Shown piece by piece: positions 54,936 to 64,000 of a DNA stretch of 64,000 nt. How positions within the stretch are numbered: the first letter of the stretch is position 1; every line of letters begins with the position of its first letter. The DNA comes from Candidatus Kerfeldbacteria bacterium (GTDB taxonomy: Bacteria > Patescibacteriota > Patescibacteriia > SBBC01): positions 2,479-66,478 of the forward strand of contig JACQPY010000017.1 in assembly GCA_016207275.1 (NCBI GenBank). Reading direction: 5' to 3'. A model generated the notes under the pieces. It saw nothing but the letters and a program-made list of their open reading frames with translations. It ran no database searches and was not told the origin of the DNA. The position numbers and the translations under genes are program-made.

Positions 54936-55657
54936 TCGAAGTCAAGACTCGACAGTTCGAGGGTCCGCTCGACCTGTTGCTGCAGCTGATTGAGCAGCAT
55001 CAGCTTGATATCTCAACGGTGGCGCTGGCCGACGTGACCGATCAGTACCTCGGTCAGCTGCCGCGGGTCGAGCGATTACACCCCGATGAGCTGGCCGATT
55101 TCTTGGTGGTGGCAGCCAAGCTGCTGTATATTAAATCGAAGATCCTCCTGCCGCAGCTCGACCTGCCGGCGGAAGAGGGGATGAGCCTTGAGGATCAGCT
55201 CCGGCTGTACCAGACGTTCGTCGGGGTGGCCGAAAACTTGAAACGCTTGTTTCGCCGACGTCACGTCATGTACGGCCGCGAACACACGGCCACGATCGAA
55301 CCGGCTTTTGCCCCGCCGCCGCGTCTGAACGTCGACGACCTGCAGCGAACGTTTACGACGGTCCTCCAGCGGCTCGCGCCGCTGTTCGTCATCCCGGCGA
55401 CGACCATTTCCCGCACCATTTCATTGCAGGACAAAATTGAATCAATCCGCCAGCTGGTCAGCCAACGGAACGCCGTCAGCTTTCGCGAACTACTCGCCTC
55501 AGCCCGCACCCGGATGGAAGTGATCGTCACGTTTTTGGCGCTGCTTGAGTTGGTCAAGCAGCGGACGGCGATGGTGGTGCAGGATAAGAATTTCGCCGAG
55601 ATTCAAATTGCTCCGCGAGGGCGGGAAAACGATCGCCACCACGAGGCCCATTCATGA
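54932..55657 (+). CDS. scpA: segregation and condensation protein A
   Basis: N-terminal FEGPLDLLLQLIEQHQLDI motif. Confidence 0.85.
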   Translation: MIEVKTRQFEGPLDLLLQLIEQHQLDISTVALADVTDQYLGQLPRVERLHPDELADFLVVAAKLLYIKSKILLPQLDLPAEEGMSLEDQLRLYQTFVGVAENLKRLFRRRHVMYGREHTATIEPAFAPPPRLNVDDLQRTFTTVLQRLAPLFVIPATTISRTISLQDKIESIRQLVSQRNAVSFRELLASARTRMEVIVTFLALLELVKQRTAMVVQDKNFAEIQIAPRGRENDRHHEAHS

Positions 55658-56262
55658 AACTGCCGGGGAAGATTGAGAGTTTGCTGTTTGTCGCTTCCAA
55701 ACCGCTGACCATCAGGAAAATCGCCGAGCTGGTTGGGGCTGATGAGGCCGATGTGCGCCAGGCGATCGAATCGCTTCGACAGCTCTACAACATCGAAGAC
55801 CGCGGCATCCAGCTGGCCCAGCACGCGAACAGTGTCCAGCTCGTCACCAATCCGCTCAGCGCAAAAATTGTGGCTGATTTTTTGAAAGACGAGCGAAGCG
55901 GCGAGCTGACGCGACCATCGTTGGAAACACTGACCATCATCGCCTACCGCGGACCCTTGCCTAAGTCGGAGATCGATTTAATCCGCGGCGTCAACTGCGC
56001 TTTGATTCTGCGTAACTTGATGGTGCGGGGATTGATTACGGCGCGTGAAGATCGTCAGCGGATGACGACGCTCTATGAGTTGTCATTCGACTTCCTCCGA
56101 CACCTGGGGATCCGTGAAGTCCGCGAGCTGCCAGACTATGGTCGGTTGACGGCTGACCAAAATCTTGATCGGTTGCTTCACCCCAAACCACCGCCGGCCG
56201 AGCCGGTCGCGACGCTCGGTAACGACCAAGCTGACGCTGAGGAACAACGCGATGAAGCCTAA
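55654..56262 (+). CDS. scpB: segregation and condensation protein B
   Basis: ScpB winged-helix tandem (IESLLFVASKPLT). Confidence 0.8.
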   Translation: MKLPGKIESLLFVASKPLTIRKIAELVGADEADVRQAIESLRQLYNIEDRGIQLAQHANSVQLVTNPLSAKIVADFLKDERSGELTRPSLETLTIIAYRGPLPKSEIDLIRGVNCALILRNLMVRGLITAREDRQRMTTLYELSFDFLRHLGIREVRELPDYGRLTADQNLDRLLHPKPPPAEPVATLGNDQADAEEQRDEA

Positions 56263-57052
56263 GGGGACGACGCCAGGAGGTGGTTCTGGCCGACGGCCGA
56301 TCGTGGTGGCGAACTGGAAAATGTATTTGACCGCGGCTGAGGCAGTGACGCGAGTCCAACAACTGCTGACCGAGTCGTTGCCCGACCGCGTTGATCTCGT
56401 GATGTGCCCAAGTACCACGGCCTTGGCTGGAATTGGGCAACGCTTAGCCGGTCATACTATTCAGCTCGGAGCGCAGGATGTATTTTGGGCGGCTCCCGGA
56501 CCGCACACCGGCGAAGTCTCGGCGGCTGACCTGCGCTCGCTCGGCGTTCGCTATGTGCTCGTCGGTCACTCCGAACACCGCGCCTCGGCCCACGAGCACA
56601 ACGACGTCGTCCACCGCAAAGCCCTGGCGGCGCTCGGCCACGGGTTGTCGCCGATCGTCTGCGTTGGCGAGTCGCGCGAGGACCGCCACCAGCACCGCCA
56701 TCATCACGTCATTACCCAGCAACTCGATGCCGCTATCCGTAACCTGCCGCCGCCGGACGAGCGGCAAGAGCTACTGGTCGCCTACGAGCCGATCTGGGCG
56801 ATTGGCACTGGTCAGCCGGCCACAGCTGCCGACGCCCAGGAAATGGCCGACGTCATTCACCGCTCGTTGCTAGAAGTTTTTGGCCGCGACGTCGTCGCCC
56901 GCCGGACCAGGGTACTTTACGGCGGTAGTGTTACCCCGGCCAATGTCGGTGAGTTTGTCGAGGGCCAGTCAGTGCACGGCGTCCTCGTCGGCACGGCCGG
57001 TCTACCCGCGGCCGGTCTTGGTTCGATCGTCCGGGCCGTGGCCAGTCGTTGA
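56252..57052 (+). CDS. tpiA: triosephosphate isomerase
   Basis: VANWKM, catalytic VGHSEHR, and AYEPIWAIGTG motifs. ATG 56252 overlaps the scpB end. Confidence 0.9.
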   Translation: MKPKGTTPGGGSGRRPIVVANWKMYLTAAEAVTRVQQLLTESLPDRVDLVMCPSTTALAGIGQRLAGHTIQLGAQDVFWAAPGPHTGEVSAADLRSLGVRYVLVGHSEHRASAHEHNDVVHRKALAALGHGLSPIVCVGESREDRHQHRHHHVITQQLDAAIRNLPPPDERQELLVAYEPIWAIGTGQPATAADAQEMADVIHRSLLEVFGRDVVARRTRVLYGGSVTPANVGEFVEGQSVHGVLVGTAGLPAAGLGSIVRAVASR

Positions 57053-57091
57053 TTTCTTGGCCGAGGTACCGTAGGCTATACGTATATCCCC

Positions 57092-58156
57092 ATGCATACC
57101 AAACCCATTCGCGTCGCCATCAACGGCTTCGGTCGCATCGGCCGGAACAGCTTCAAAGTGGCGGTGACCAAACCCGAACTCGAGGTGGTGGCCATCAACG
57201 ACCTCGGCAGCCTGGAGGTGATGGCCCACCTGCTGCGCTTTGATTCGGTCTACGGCCGCTGGGATCATGAGGTGGCCGTCGGCGATGGCCAGCTGATTGT
57301 TGACGGCCAGGCTATCAAGTTTTTGTCCGAGCCCGAGCCGTCCAAGCTACCATGGAAAGCGCTGGCCGTCGACGTGGTCATGGAATCAACCGGCCGTTTC
57401 GCCAAGCGTCGCGACGCGGCTGTTCACCTGCGGGCCGGGGCCAAGCGGGTGATTGTCTCGGCTCCGGTCAAAGCTGCTGGCGAGGTGAAGACGTTCATCC
57501 TCGGAGTCAACGATGCCGACGATGTCGGTGAAGAACTATTCTCGAACTCGTCCTGTACAACGAACTGCGTCGCCCCGGTGACGCGGGTCATGGTCGAGTC
57601 AGTCGGCGTCAAGAAAGCGATGATGACGACGGTCCATTCGTACACCGCTGAACAGAATCTCGTCGACGGCCCGGTTCCACCTTTGCACCCAGACCTGCGC
57701 CGGGCGCGAGCGGCCGCCATCAACATCGTGCCGACCACCTCCGGGGCCGCCATCTCGACCACCGAGACAATCCCCGCGCTCAAAGGAAAGTTTGATGGCT
57801 TCGCTTTTCGCGTACCAACGCCGTCGGTCTCGGTGACCGATTTTACGTTTTTAACCGCCCGGGCCACGACCGTCGCTGAGGTTAATCAGGCTTTTCGGCA
57901 GGCCGCCACGACCAAGCGCTGGCAGGGGATCCTGGCGGTCAGCGAACTGCCGCTGGTGTCCAGCGATTTTCTTCAGGACCCGCACTCGGCAATCGTTGAC
58001 GTACCACTGACCAAGGTCGTTGACGGTGACCTGGTCAAGGTGGTGGCTTGGTACGATAATGAGTGGGGTTACTCCAATCGCTACGTTGAACAAGTCATCC
58101 GCGTCGGACGCCAGGCCCAACTTCAGGCCCCGTCCGGCTCCCATGAAAGGGGGTGA
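57092..58156 (+). CDS. gap: glyceraldehyde-3-phosphate dehydrogenase (type I)
   Basis: INGFGRIGR NAD motif. SCTTNC active site. Confidence 0.95.
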   Translation: MHTKPIRVAINGFGRIGRNSFKVAVTKPELEVVAINDLGSLEVMAHLLRFDSVYGRWDHEVAVGDGQLIVDGQAIKFLSEPEPSKLPWKALAVDVVMESTGRFAKRRDAAVHLRAGAKRVIVSAPVKAAGEVKTFILGVNDADDVGEELFSNSSCTTNCVAPVTRVMVESVGVKKAMMTTVHSYTAEQNLVDGPVPPLHPDLRRARAAAINIVPTTSGAAISTTETIPALKGKFDGFAFRVPTPSVSVTDFTFLTARATTVAEVNQAFRQAATTKRWQGILAVSELPLVSSDFLQDPHSAIVDVPLTKVVDGDLVKVVAWYDNEWGYSNRYVEQVIRVGRQAQLQAPSGSHERG

Positions 58157-58157
58157 T

Positions 58158-58352
58158 CGTATGATGATGCGATTTACCAACAAGACGCTCGTTCGTGTTT
58201 ACTATTGGTTTGGCGTGGTCACGGCCGCCTTCGGCTTCTTTACGGAGATCTCCGGTCAGCAGGTGTACTTGAGCTCGGGTTTCTACCAAACCATGTCAAT
58301 TGTCGCTTTCCTTGCCTCGATCGCTCTCTCGCGTATTGATCGCGACGCGTAA
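58158..58352 (+). CDS. 64-aa two-TM small membrane protein
   Basis: GGGGG SD. Overlaps the gap stop. Confidence 0.4.
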   Translation, partial: RMMMRFTNKTLVRVYYWFGVVTAAFGFFTEISGQQVYLSSGFYQTMSIVAFLASIALSRIDRDA

Positions 58353-58430
58353 CGCCAGGGCCGAAGGCAGCGCGCCAGGGTCTTGCTTCAGCGGTTCAAA
58401 CGTGCTACACTGCGGACCCGCTGGCGGCGT

Positions 58431-58508
58431 GGCCCTATCGTCTAGCCCGGTCTAGGACATCTGGTTCTCAGCCAGAAAACTCGGGTTCAAATCCCGATGG
58501 GGCTACCA
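58431..58508 (+). tRNA. tRNA-Glu (anticodon CUC), CCA encoded
   Basis: GTCTAG...AGGAC D-arm typical of tRNA-Glu. Anticodon loop TTCTCAG. Preceded by TGCTACACT -10. Confidence 0.8.
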
Positions 58509-58548
58509 GTTTGATTACGGTAGTCGTACCTCACTTCGTTTCGACGGT

Positions 58549-59070
58549 ATGCGCATCTTCAAGATCGTAATTCTCGTGACCATTGTCGTCGTCGTAGCGT
58601 TTGCGGCGGTGGCTTGGTTTCGCTGGCGCGGTACGCCGTCGACAACCAACCGAACGCCGATCGTCACCGCCGGCGTCGGCAACACCAACACCGTTCAAAC
58701 GCCGCCGATTACGAGCGGCGACATCCCGCTCGACGTCTCGGTCAGTTACCGCGACGTGACCTTCGGACTCGACTCCGCCCTGCGGACCGAGACGTTTCGT
58801 CGGAAGAAGGCCGATGATGGCCAGGAGTTCGTGGTAATCTTTTTGAAGCCGTTCAGCAGCAATCCGCCGGCCGACATCGCCACCTGGGTCAGCGCCGACA
58901 TTCAACTGACTGCCAGCGGCGTCAATCAGCGACCGGTCGAGGTCGGCCTTCCCAAGTTAGCAAATCAGGCCGGCGGTTTTCTTTCGTTTCAGGTTCCGGT
59001 GGGAACGAAGGGAATGACTTTGGCCTTTGGTTCTGGCGCCAGCGCGACGACGGTCAAGCTGAGTTTCTAG
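58549..59070 (+). CDS. membrane-anchored hypothetical protein (beta-rich, DUF4352-like?)
   Basis: N-terminal TM then a soluble domain. Confidence 0.45.
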   Translation: MRIFKIVILVTIVVVVAFAAVAWFRWRGTPSTTNRTPIVTAGVGNTNTVQTPPITSGDIPLDVSVSYRDVTFGLDSALRTETFRRKKADDGQEFVVIFLKPFSSNPPADIATWVSADIQLTASGVNQRPVEVGLPKLANQAGGFLSFQVPVGTKGMTLAFGSGASATTVKLSF

Positions 59071-59085
59071 GTCCGGCTTCGAGTC

Positions 59086-60210
59086 ATGCGGATCGGCCTC
59101 GTCACGCAGTCGTACTACCCCGTCCTCGGTGGGGTGACTGAACACGTCTACCATCTCGGTCGGGAGCTCCAGCAGCGGGGACACCAGGTTACGGTGGTGA
59201 CTGGTTCGGCGCGACAAGCTGACGATCGCGGTTTGCGCGTGGTCCGTCATGGCATCCAGATCCCCCTGACGGTCAACGGCGCTACCATGCACGCCACCTT
59301 CGGCTGGCGGCTCGGCCGGGTCTTGCAGCGCATTGAGGCAGCGGAACAATTTGATCTCGTCCACATTCAGTCGCCGACCGACCCGGGGTTGCCGCTACTG
59401 GCCGCAAAAGTAATGCGTACGCCCAAGGTCGGGACGCATCATTCGTGGCGCGACAACCCGATCGTGGCTGACCTGACTTTTCGCGCGTTCCGAATGGTTT
59501 TTGATGATGCCGTCGCCAAGGTTCAGCGTCACCTGGCGGTCTCGCCGGGCGCGGCCGCCGCGATCCACCGGTACTACCCGCGCCTGCCGATCGAAATCAT
59601 TCCCAACGGCGTTGATACCGAGCGCTTCTCCCCATCGGTCAAGCCGTTCCCCCAGTACCGCGACGGAGTTTTCACGATCTTGTTCGTCGGCCGTATGGAT
59701 CCGCGCAAAGGGGCGAAGTACTTGTTTTCAGCCTTGCCCTACGTCGAACAGCAACTGCCGACCTACCGGGTGCTGGTGGTTGGTAAGGGCTGGATGAAAA
59801 AGTACTATCACACCTTCGTCCCGCTGCACCTCCGCCGTCGGGTCATCTTCGCCGGCTATGCCACGCCTGAAGAGCTGCCCCGCTACTACCGGTCGGCTGA
59901 TGTATACTGCTCACCGGCTACCGGCAATGAAAGCTTTGGCATCGTGCTCCTCGAGGCAATGGCGTCAGGCGTGCCGGTCGTGGCTGCCGACATCGAAGGC
60001 TACCGTCACGTCATGACCGACGGCCGCGAAGGACTGTTCGCCCGCCCGCGTGACCCGTACGCGCTGGCGCAACAGCTCGTATCGTTGGCTCATCAGCCTG
60101 AGCGTCGGCAGCGGCTGGCTCAGGCCGGGCGTCAAACGGCTACCCAGTACGACTGGCGTAACATTACCGATCGGATTGAAGCGGTCTACCGTCAGGTGGT
60201 GCCGGTATGA
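59086..60210 (+). CDS. GT4-family retaining glycosyltransferase (MshA/BshA/PimA-like)
   Basis: ESFGIVLLEAMASGVPVVA motif. Confidence 0.8.
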   Translation: MRIGLVTQSYYPVLGGVTEHVYHLGRELQQRGHQVTVVTGSARQADDRGLRVVRHGIQIPLTVNGATMHATFGWRLGRVLQRIEAAEQFDLVHIQSPTDPGLPLLAAKVMRTPKVGTHHSWRDNPIVADLTFRAFRMVFDDAVAKVQRHLAVSPGAAAAIHRYYPRLPIEIIPNGVDTERFSPSVKPFPQYRDGVFTILFVGRMDPRKGAKYLFSALPYVEQQLPTYRVLVVGKGWMKKYYHTFVPLHLRRRVIFAGYATPEELPRYYRSADVYCSPATGNESFGIVLLEAMASGVPVVAADIEGYRHVMTDGREGLFARPRDPYALAQQLVSLAHQPERRQRLAQAGRQTATQYDWRNITDRIEAVYRQVVPV

Positions 60211-60917
60211 AGCGACGGACTATTTTGTGCGTTTTTGCTCATCCGGACGACGAATGCTTCATGTGCGGCGGAACGATTGCGGCTTGCGCGGCGCGCGGCG
60301 ATCGCGTGATTCTGGTAACGGCCACCGGCGGGGAAGCGTTTACGCAGCAGGTTCGCAGCCGGCGATCAGTCGCCAGCCGGAAGCAGCTTCGTCGTCGGGA
60401 GCTACGGCAGTCGAGTCGAACCCTTGGGATCGCGCGCGTCCATGTTCTCGATTTCCCTGATGGTCAACTGGCCGCCGTACCACTCGGCAAGCTGCACCGC
60501 ACCGTCGCTTCGTACCTGCACCGTTACCAACCCGACGCGGTATTCTCGTTTGCGCCCGACGGGGTGACTCGCCACCGCGACCACCAGGTCATTTCTCGGG
60601 TAGTCCAGGCGGTCGCCCGAGAACAGCATAACCGTGGCGCCGGCCGGCCCCACGTTTGCCTTTTTGGCTGGCCGAACCATGTCCGCCGTCGCCTCGGTCT
60701 GCCGGCCGCGAGTAGCCAACGACACTACCGATTGAGCGTTGGTTACTTTGTCAACCGTAAGCTGCGGGCGATCGCCGCCCACCGCAGTCAAATTAAGACC
60801 AAGCAACGTTTTGCCGGTTTATCGCCGCGCCAGCAGCGCCAGCTCTTCCAGACCGAGTACGTGGTGCGCTTTCCCGGAGAACCGGTTGCGCCACTCCGAG
60901 AATTTTTGCTGAGCTAA
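60207..60917 (+). CDS. PIG-L/LmbE family N-acetylglucosaminyl deacetylase
   Basis: AHPDDE zinc-binding motif. Overlaps the GT4 stop. Confidence 0.8.
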   Translation: MKRRTILCVFAHPDDECFMCGGTIAACAARGDRVILVTATGGEAFTQQVRSRRSVASRKQLRRRELRQSSRTLGIARVHVLDFPDGQLAAVPLGKLHRTVASYLHRYQPDAVFSFAPDGVTRHRDHQVISRVVQAVAREQHNRGAGRPHVCLFGWPNHVRRRLGLPAASSQRHYRLSVGYFVNRKLRAIAAHRSQIKTKQRFAGLSPRQQRQLFQTEYVVRFPGEPVAPLREFLLS

Positions 60918-61121
60918 GCGCTCAGCGCGCAAGTACTTACCTACTACTTCGGGGCTTGTTTTTATGTCTGAAAGATGGTATACTAGTAGTGCCATTTTTT
61001 ATTTGCACACACCACCGTGCACCCAGAACAGCGGCTGAGGGGCCCGCGGCGTTCCCCGCCTGGTCAGCAGTTGGCGTGGTTCGTTCGCCTTCTAACACCA
61101 AAAGCAAAATCTACTGCCAAG

Positions 61122-64000
61122 GTGAGGCCGCTCCTCCTGAGCATTCGTGAAGCCAGCGGGTTCTTAGGCGTGCACCCGAATACGCTCCGCCGCTGGGACC
61201 AGGACGGTCGGCTGCGGGCAGTTCGCGTTGGTCGACGAAAAGATCGGCGCTACTACCGAGCGGACCTGCTCCGTCACGCGGGTGGAGTTGAAAACCGTGA
61301 TCACCTTGCTCGGACTGTCCGCCGCGCCGCCGTGGCGGGCGTGGTCGTACTGACCTTGCTGCTGGCCTACTCCGGCGGGGCTTTGGTCCGAGCCGGTGGC
61401 GAACGAACAATCAACGCCCAGCTTCAGCCATCACGCTGTAGCGGGTGGACTTTCGGCGTCAATGCCCAGACCGTTTCGCTCAACGGCACCACCAATCTAG
61501 CTGCCTACGGATCTAGTAACTCGGCGATTTTCAGTTCGGGCGACCTCACCATCAGTAGTGATGCGGCCCAGCCGTTCGTGAGCGGTAGGCTGGATCAATC
61601 GACGGGCATCCTGACCTGCAGCCGCTTCACCGGCGTCGAAGTCCCGAACCAGGCGACCCTGTCGAACGTTCAGGTAAACCTTTGGCTGGCGACCACGGCC
61701 GCAACCATCAGCACGGATACGCTGACCTTAGCAGTCAGCACTGATGGCCTGACCTGGACCACGGTCAAAACATTTGCCGTGGCTGAGCCAGTCCGCGGAC
61801 GGGTCAGCTTTTTCCTTCCGACCATCGTCGATCCAGCCCAGCTTAAAGACCTCCAGTTTCGATTGACGCCGGACATCGAGCCGGCGGCCGAACCAACCAC
61901 CGTCTTCGTCGACGGCCTGACCGTTTCGTTCCACGCGTCAACGCCGGCTCCCGAGCCAACCAAGACTAAACGCCCGGCCCGGGCACAACTTGATCGGCTC
62001 GTCGAGTTCTCTAAAGAAGCGTATCGGTCGGCTGAGCATCCGCTGGTGACCGTGCCGAAAACTCAAGTGGCGCAATTTCTCTTCTTCAAGCAACGGCCAG
62101 TCGAGTGGCAGCTTGAGCAGATCGAACTCATCGATACGCAGGGTCAACACGTTCAACCGACGTTCAGCACTCGGGAGATTAGTGATGGAGCGTCCGTTCA
62201 GGCGCAGCTGAGTATCAATCCCGACGGCCTTCACGCCGGCAAGTACCGTCTGCGGGTGACCATGATCAACTCCGAGGGCGGGGCGGCCGCAATTGAGAAG
62301 GATTTTCTCTGGGGCGTCATCGCCCTGAACGTGACCCACGCCGTGGCTCGACCGGGGGACGAGCAGGTGATCGGTATGGCCGTGCTCGACGACAACGGCA
62401 AAACGATCTGCGACGCCGATCTGAAGCTGGTGGTGACCGATCCGAAAGGCAAGAAAGCAACATACTCCTCGGGCAAAAATACCGTGGAAATCAGCGGCCT
62501 CTGCGTGGACCAAGGTGTGACCAACCTGCCGGATTACTCGGTCACTTCGCAGCCCCAACACGAAGGGCTCTACCACCTGCACCTCGAAGCGAAAACTCGG
62601 GCCGGGACAAGAACCTACGAAGATACATTCCAAGTTGATCCCTTGCTCGCGTTTGACGTGGACCGTTATGACTTCCCGACTCGTCTGTATCCGCCGTCGC
62701 CCTACACCGCTCGCTTCGCCGTCACGCCGCGGCACGATTTTCAAGGGGTCATCAAAGAGAAAGCTCCGGCGAACTTTGCGCTGTCGCAGCTTTTGCCCGA
62801 AGGTCGAGTCTATCCGGCCACCGACGATCCGGCCGCGCAGATTGTTGAATGGTCCGTCGACTGGAAAGCGGATACCACTTATTATTTCCAGTACACCTTT
62901 GATGCCCCGGACGTTTCGCCGGCTCTGTTTATGCTTGGTCCGTTGAAAATCGGAGACGACCTACTGGCCGGCGCTTTGTTCGTTGAACCGCGGCAGTGGC
63001 AGCTCGCCGCTGACTCTTTGGTCTCGGTTTCCGGCACGCTCTACTCAAACGAGGGGACGACGGCCCTGGACTGCAGCGCCACCAATCGGACGGTCAATGT
63101 CAAAGTCAACGGCGCTGGCACTGCCTCGACCACCTGTACGGCGGCGGACGGCACATACACGGTCTCCAGCGTTTCCCTGGCGGCCGCTGGGGACGTGGTC
63201 ACGGTCTATATTGATGGGGCAACTGAGGACGCGGTGACCGTTACCCGCTCGGCCGACGCCACCTCGAACATCACCGGCGTTGATCTCTACCAGAACCGCG
63301 TTATCGTCCGTCACGAAGACGCCGGACCAATTACCAACACTAATCTTGATAACTGGGACAGTGGCAACGACGCCGACGTTCAGTTTACTGTGACCGCCGG
63401 CGCCTTGACCGTTGCCAGCGGGGCGAAGCTACTCGTCTGGACCGGCAAGACCTTCACGCCGGGCGGCACGGTGACCACGACCGCGGCCAGCACGGCCGGC
63501 AATCCCGACGGGGACGTCAATGTTCAATCCACAGCCACTTTATCGATGGGTACGAATGCCTTGTCCGTCGGCGGCGATTACAGCAATTCCGGTACCTTTT
63601 CGAAATCCAGCGGCCAAACCACCACCTTCACCGGTACGGTGACTGGCTTTACCATCGCGCCGGGCACCGGCAACTTTGATAGCCTCACCTTTAACGGCGC
63701 CGGCGGAGACTGGACGCCGAGCGCGGCCGTCAGCGTTGATGCGACGCTGACCATGACCAACGGCACGCTCAAAGGCACCAACAACGTTACGATCACCGGC
63801 GCAGTGGCCGGCACCAGCGGCATCATCACCCTGACCGGCGGAACATTTAAGCAACGCGTGGCCGCATCCCAGAACTTCGGCACCACCTCCGGATCCAACA
63901 CCTGGACGTTTTACAACTTGACATTTTCGAACTCGTCAGCCGCGATACGGAACATCACTATGCAGACCGGCGGCACCGGCGATATTACCATCACCAACGT
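61122..64000 (+). CDS. giant (>950 aa, 3'-partial) membrane protein: N-terminal HTH_17/excisionase-type DNA-binding domain, single TM, large Thr/Gly/Asn-rich beta-helix-like extracellular region
   Basis: Frame open from 60990 to the window end with no stop, so it is absent from the ORF track. HTH segment IREASGFLGVHPNTLRRWDQDGRLRAVRVGRRKDRRYYRADL. TM segment RRAAVAGVVVLTLLLAYSGGAL. Long adhesin-like repeats follow. GTG 61122 is the tentative start. Confidence 0.7.
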   Translation, partial: MRPLLLSIREASGFLGVHPNTLRRWDQDGRLRAVRVGRRKDRRYYRADLLRHAGGVENRDHLARTVRRAAVAGVVVLTLLLAYSGGALVRAGGERTINAQLQPSRCSGWTFGVNAQTVSLNGTTNLAAYGSSNSAIFSSGDLTISSDAAQPFVSGRLDQSTGILTCSRFTGVEVPNQATLSNVQVNLWLATTAATISTDTLTLAVSTDGLTWTTVKTFAVAEPVRGRVSFFLPTIVDPAQLKDLQFRLTPDIEPAAEPTTVFVDGLTVSFHASTPAPEPTKTKRPARAQLDRLVEFSKEAYRSAEHPLVTVPKTQVAQFLFFKQRPVEWQLEQIELIDTQGQHVQPTFSTREISDGASVQAQLSINPDGLHAGKYRLRVTMINSEGGAAAIEKDFLWGVIALNVTHAVARPGDEQVIGMAVLDDNGKTICDADLKLVVTDPKGKKATYSSGKNTVEISGLCVDQGVTNLPDYSVTSQPQHEGLYHLHLEAKTRAGTRTYEDTFQVDPLLAFDVDRYDFPTRLYPPSPYTARFAVTPRHDFQGVIKEKAPANFALSQLLPEGRVYPATDDPAAQIVEWSVDWKADTTYYFQYTFDAPDVSPALFMLGPLKIGDDLLAGALFVEPRQWQLAADSLVSVSGTLYSNEGTTALDCSATNRTVNVKVNGAGTASTTCTAADGTYTVSSVSLAAAGDVVTVYIDGATEDAVTVTRSADATSNITGVDLYQNRVIVRHEDAGPITNTNLDNWDSGNDADVQFTVTAGALTVASGAKLLVWTGKTFTPGGTVTTTAASTAGNPDGDVNVQSTATLSMGTNALSVGGDYSNSGTFSKSSGQTTTFTGTVTGFTIAPGTGNFDSLTFNGAGGDWTPSAAVSVDATLTMTNGTLKGTNNVTITGAVAGTSGIITLTGGTFKQRVAASQNFGTTSGSNTWTFYNLTFSNSSAAIRNITMQTGGTGDITITN

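Noticed and set aside
61938-62744. Minus-strand 268-aa ORF, and further minus ORFs at 63045..63314 and 63540..63901
   Set aside because: They are antisense shadows of the giant plus-strand ORF, with Arg/Gly-rich low-complexity translations.

Overview
64 kb window from a GC-rich (~60-63% GC), gene-dense bacterial genome. Its gene content (2-oxoacid:ferredoxin oxidoreductase, PduL/AckA, DUF4012, heliorhodopsin) suggests, by inference, an uncultivated reduced-genome lineage (CPR/Patescibacteria-like or a related anaerobe). Almost every gene lies on the + strand. Many genes are preceded by an extended -10 box (TGGTATACT or similar) 6-10 nt upstream of the start codon, which implies leaderless mRNAs.

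Confidently recognised content, in order along the window:
- a 5'-truncated heliorhodopsin
- an Nramp + P-type ATPase cation-transporter pair
- NDH-2
- a glycolytic/fermentative block: pgk, eno, two tandem iPGM paralogs, pduL, ackA, and a 2-subunit 2-oxoacid:ferredoxin oxidoreductase
- recJ, a membrane-fused spermidine-synthase-like protein, rnhA, RNase P RNA
- a surface-polysaccharide locus: WbaP-like phosphotransferase, two GT4 glycosyltransferases, DUF4012
- murJ, lepA, an FtsB-like protein, a PPIase
- tRNA-Thr and tRNA-Gly (both - strand)
- an RlpA-DacA fusion, ftsEX, asnS, a zeta-toxin-like kinase islet, yjbQ, aspS, ybaK-type deacylase, scpAB, tpiA, gap, tRNA-Glu, and a GT4 + PIG-L deacetylase pair

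Most unusual observations:
1. At the 3' end, a >950-codon ORF absent from the ORF track runs off the window. It encodes an N-terminal HTH_17/excisionase-type DNA-binding domain, then one TM helix, then a huge Thr/Gly/Asn-rich beta-helix-like extracellular region.
2. A ~5 kb island (32.7-37.6 kb) of small SD-led orphan genes. It includes a 46-aa Cys-rich peptide and a 21-aa hydrophobic peptide, and it contains a promoter/terminator-defined candidate sRNA. Two families of repeated hairpin motifs recur in it, one of which shows compensatory base changes. The island is bracketed by related palindromes and a solitary CRISPR type I-E-like repeat.
3. Arrays of degenerate tRNA-derived fragments flank tRNA-Thr and tRNA-Gly.
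4. Low-GC islets carry a zeta-toxin-like gene with a translationally coupled downstream small ORF, a HAD hydrolase, and the heliorhodopsin.
5. Two tandem AT-rich palindromic units lie between polysaccharide genes.
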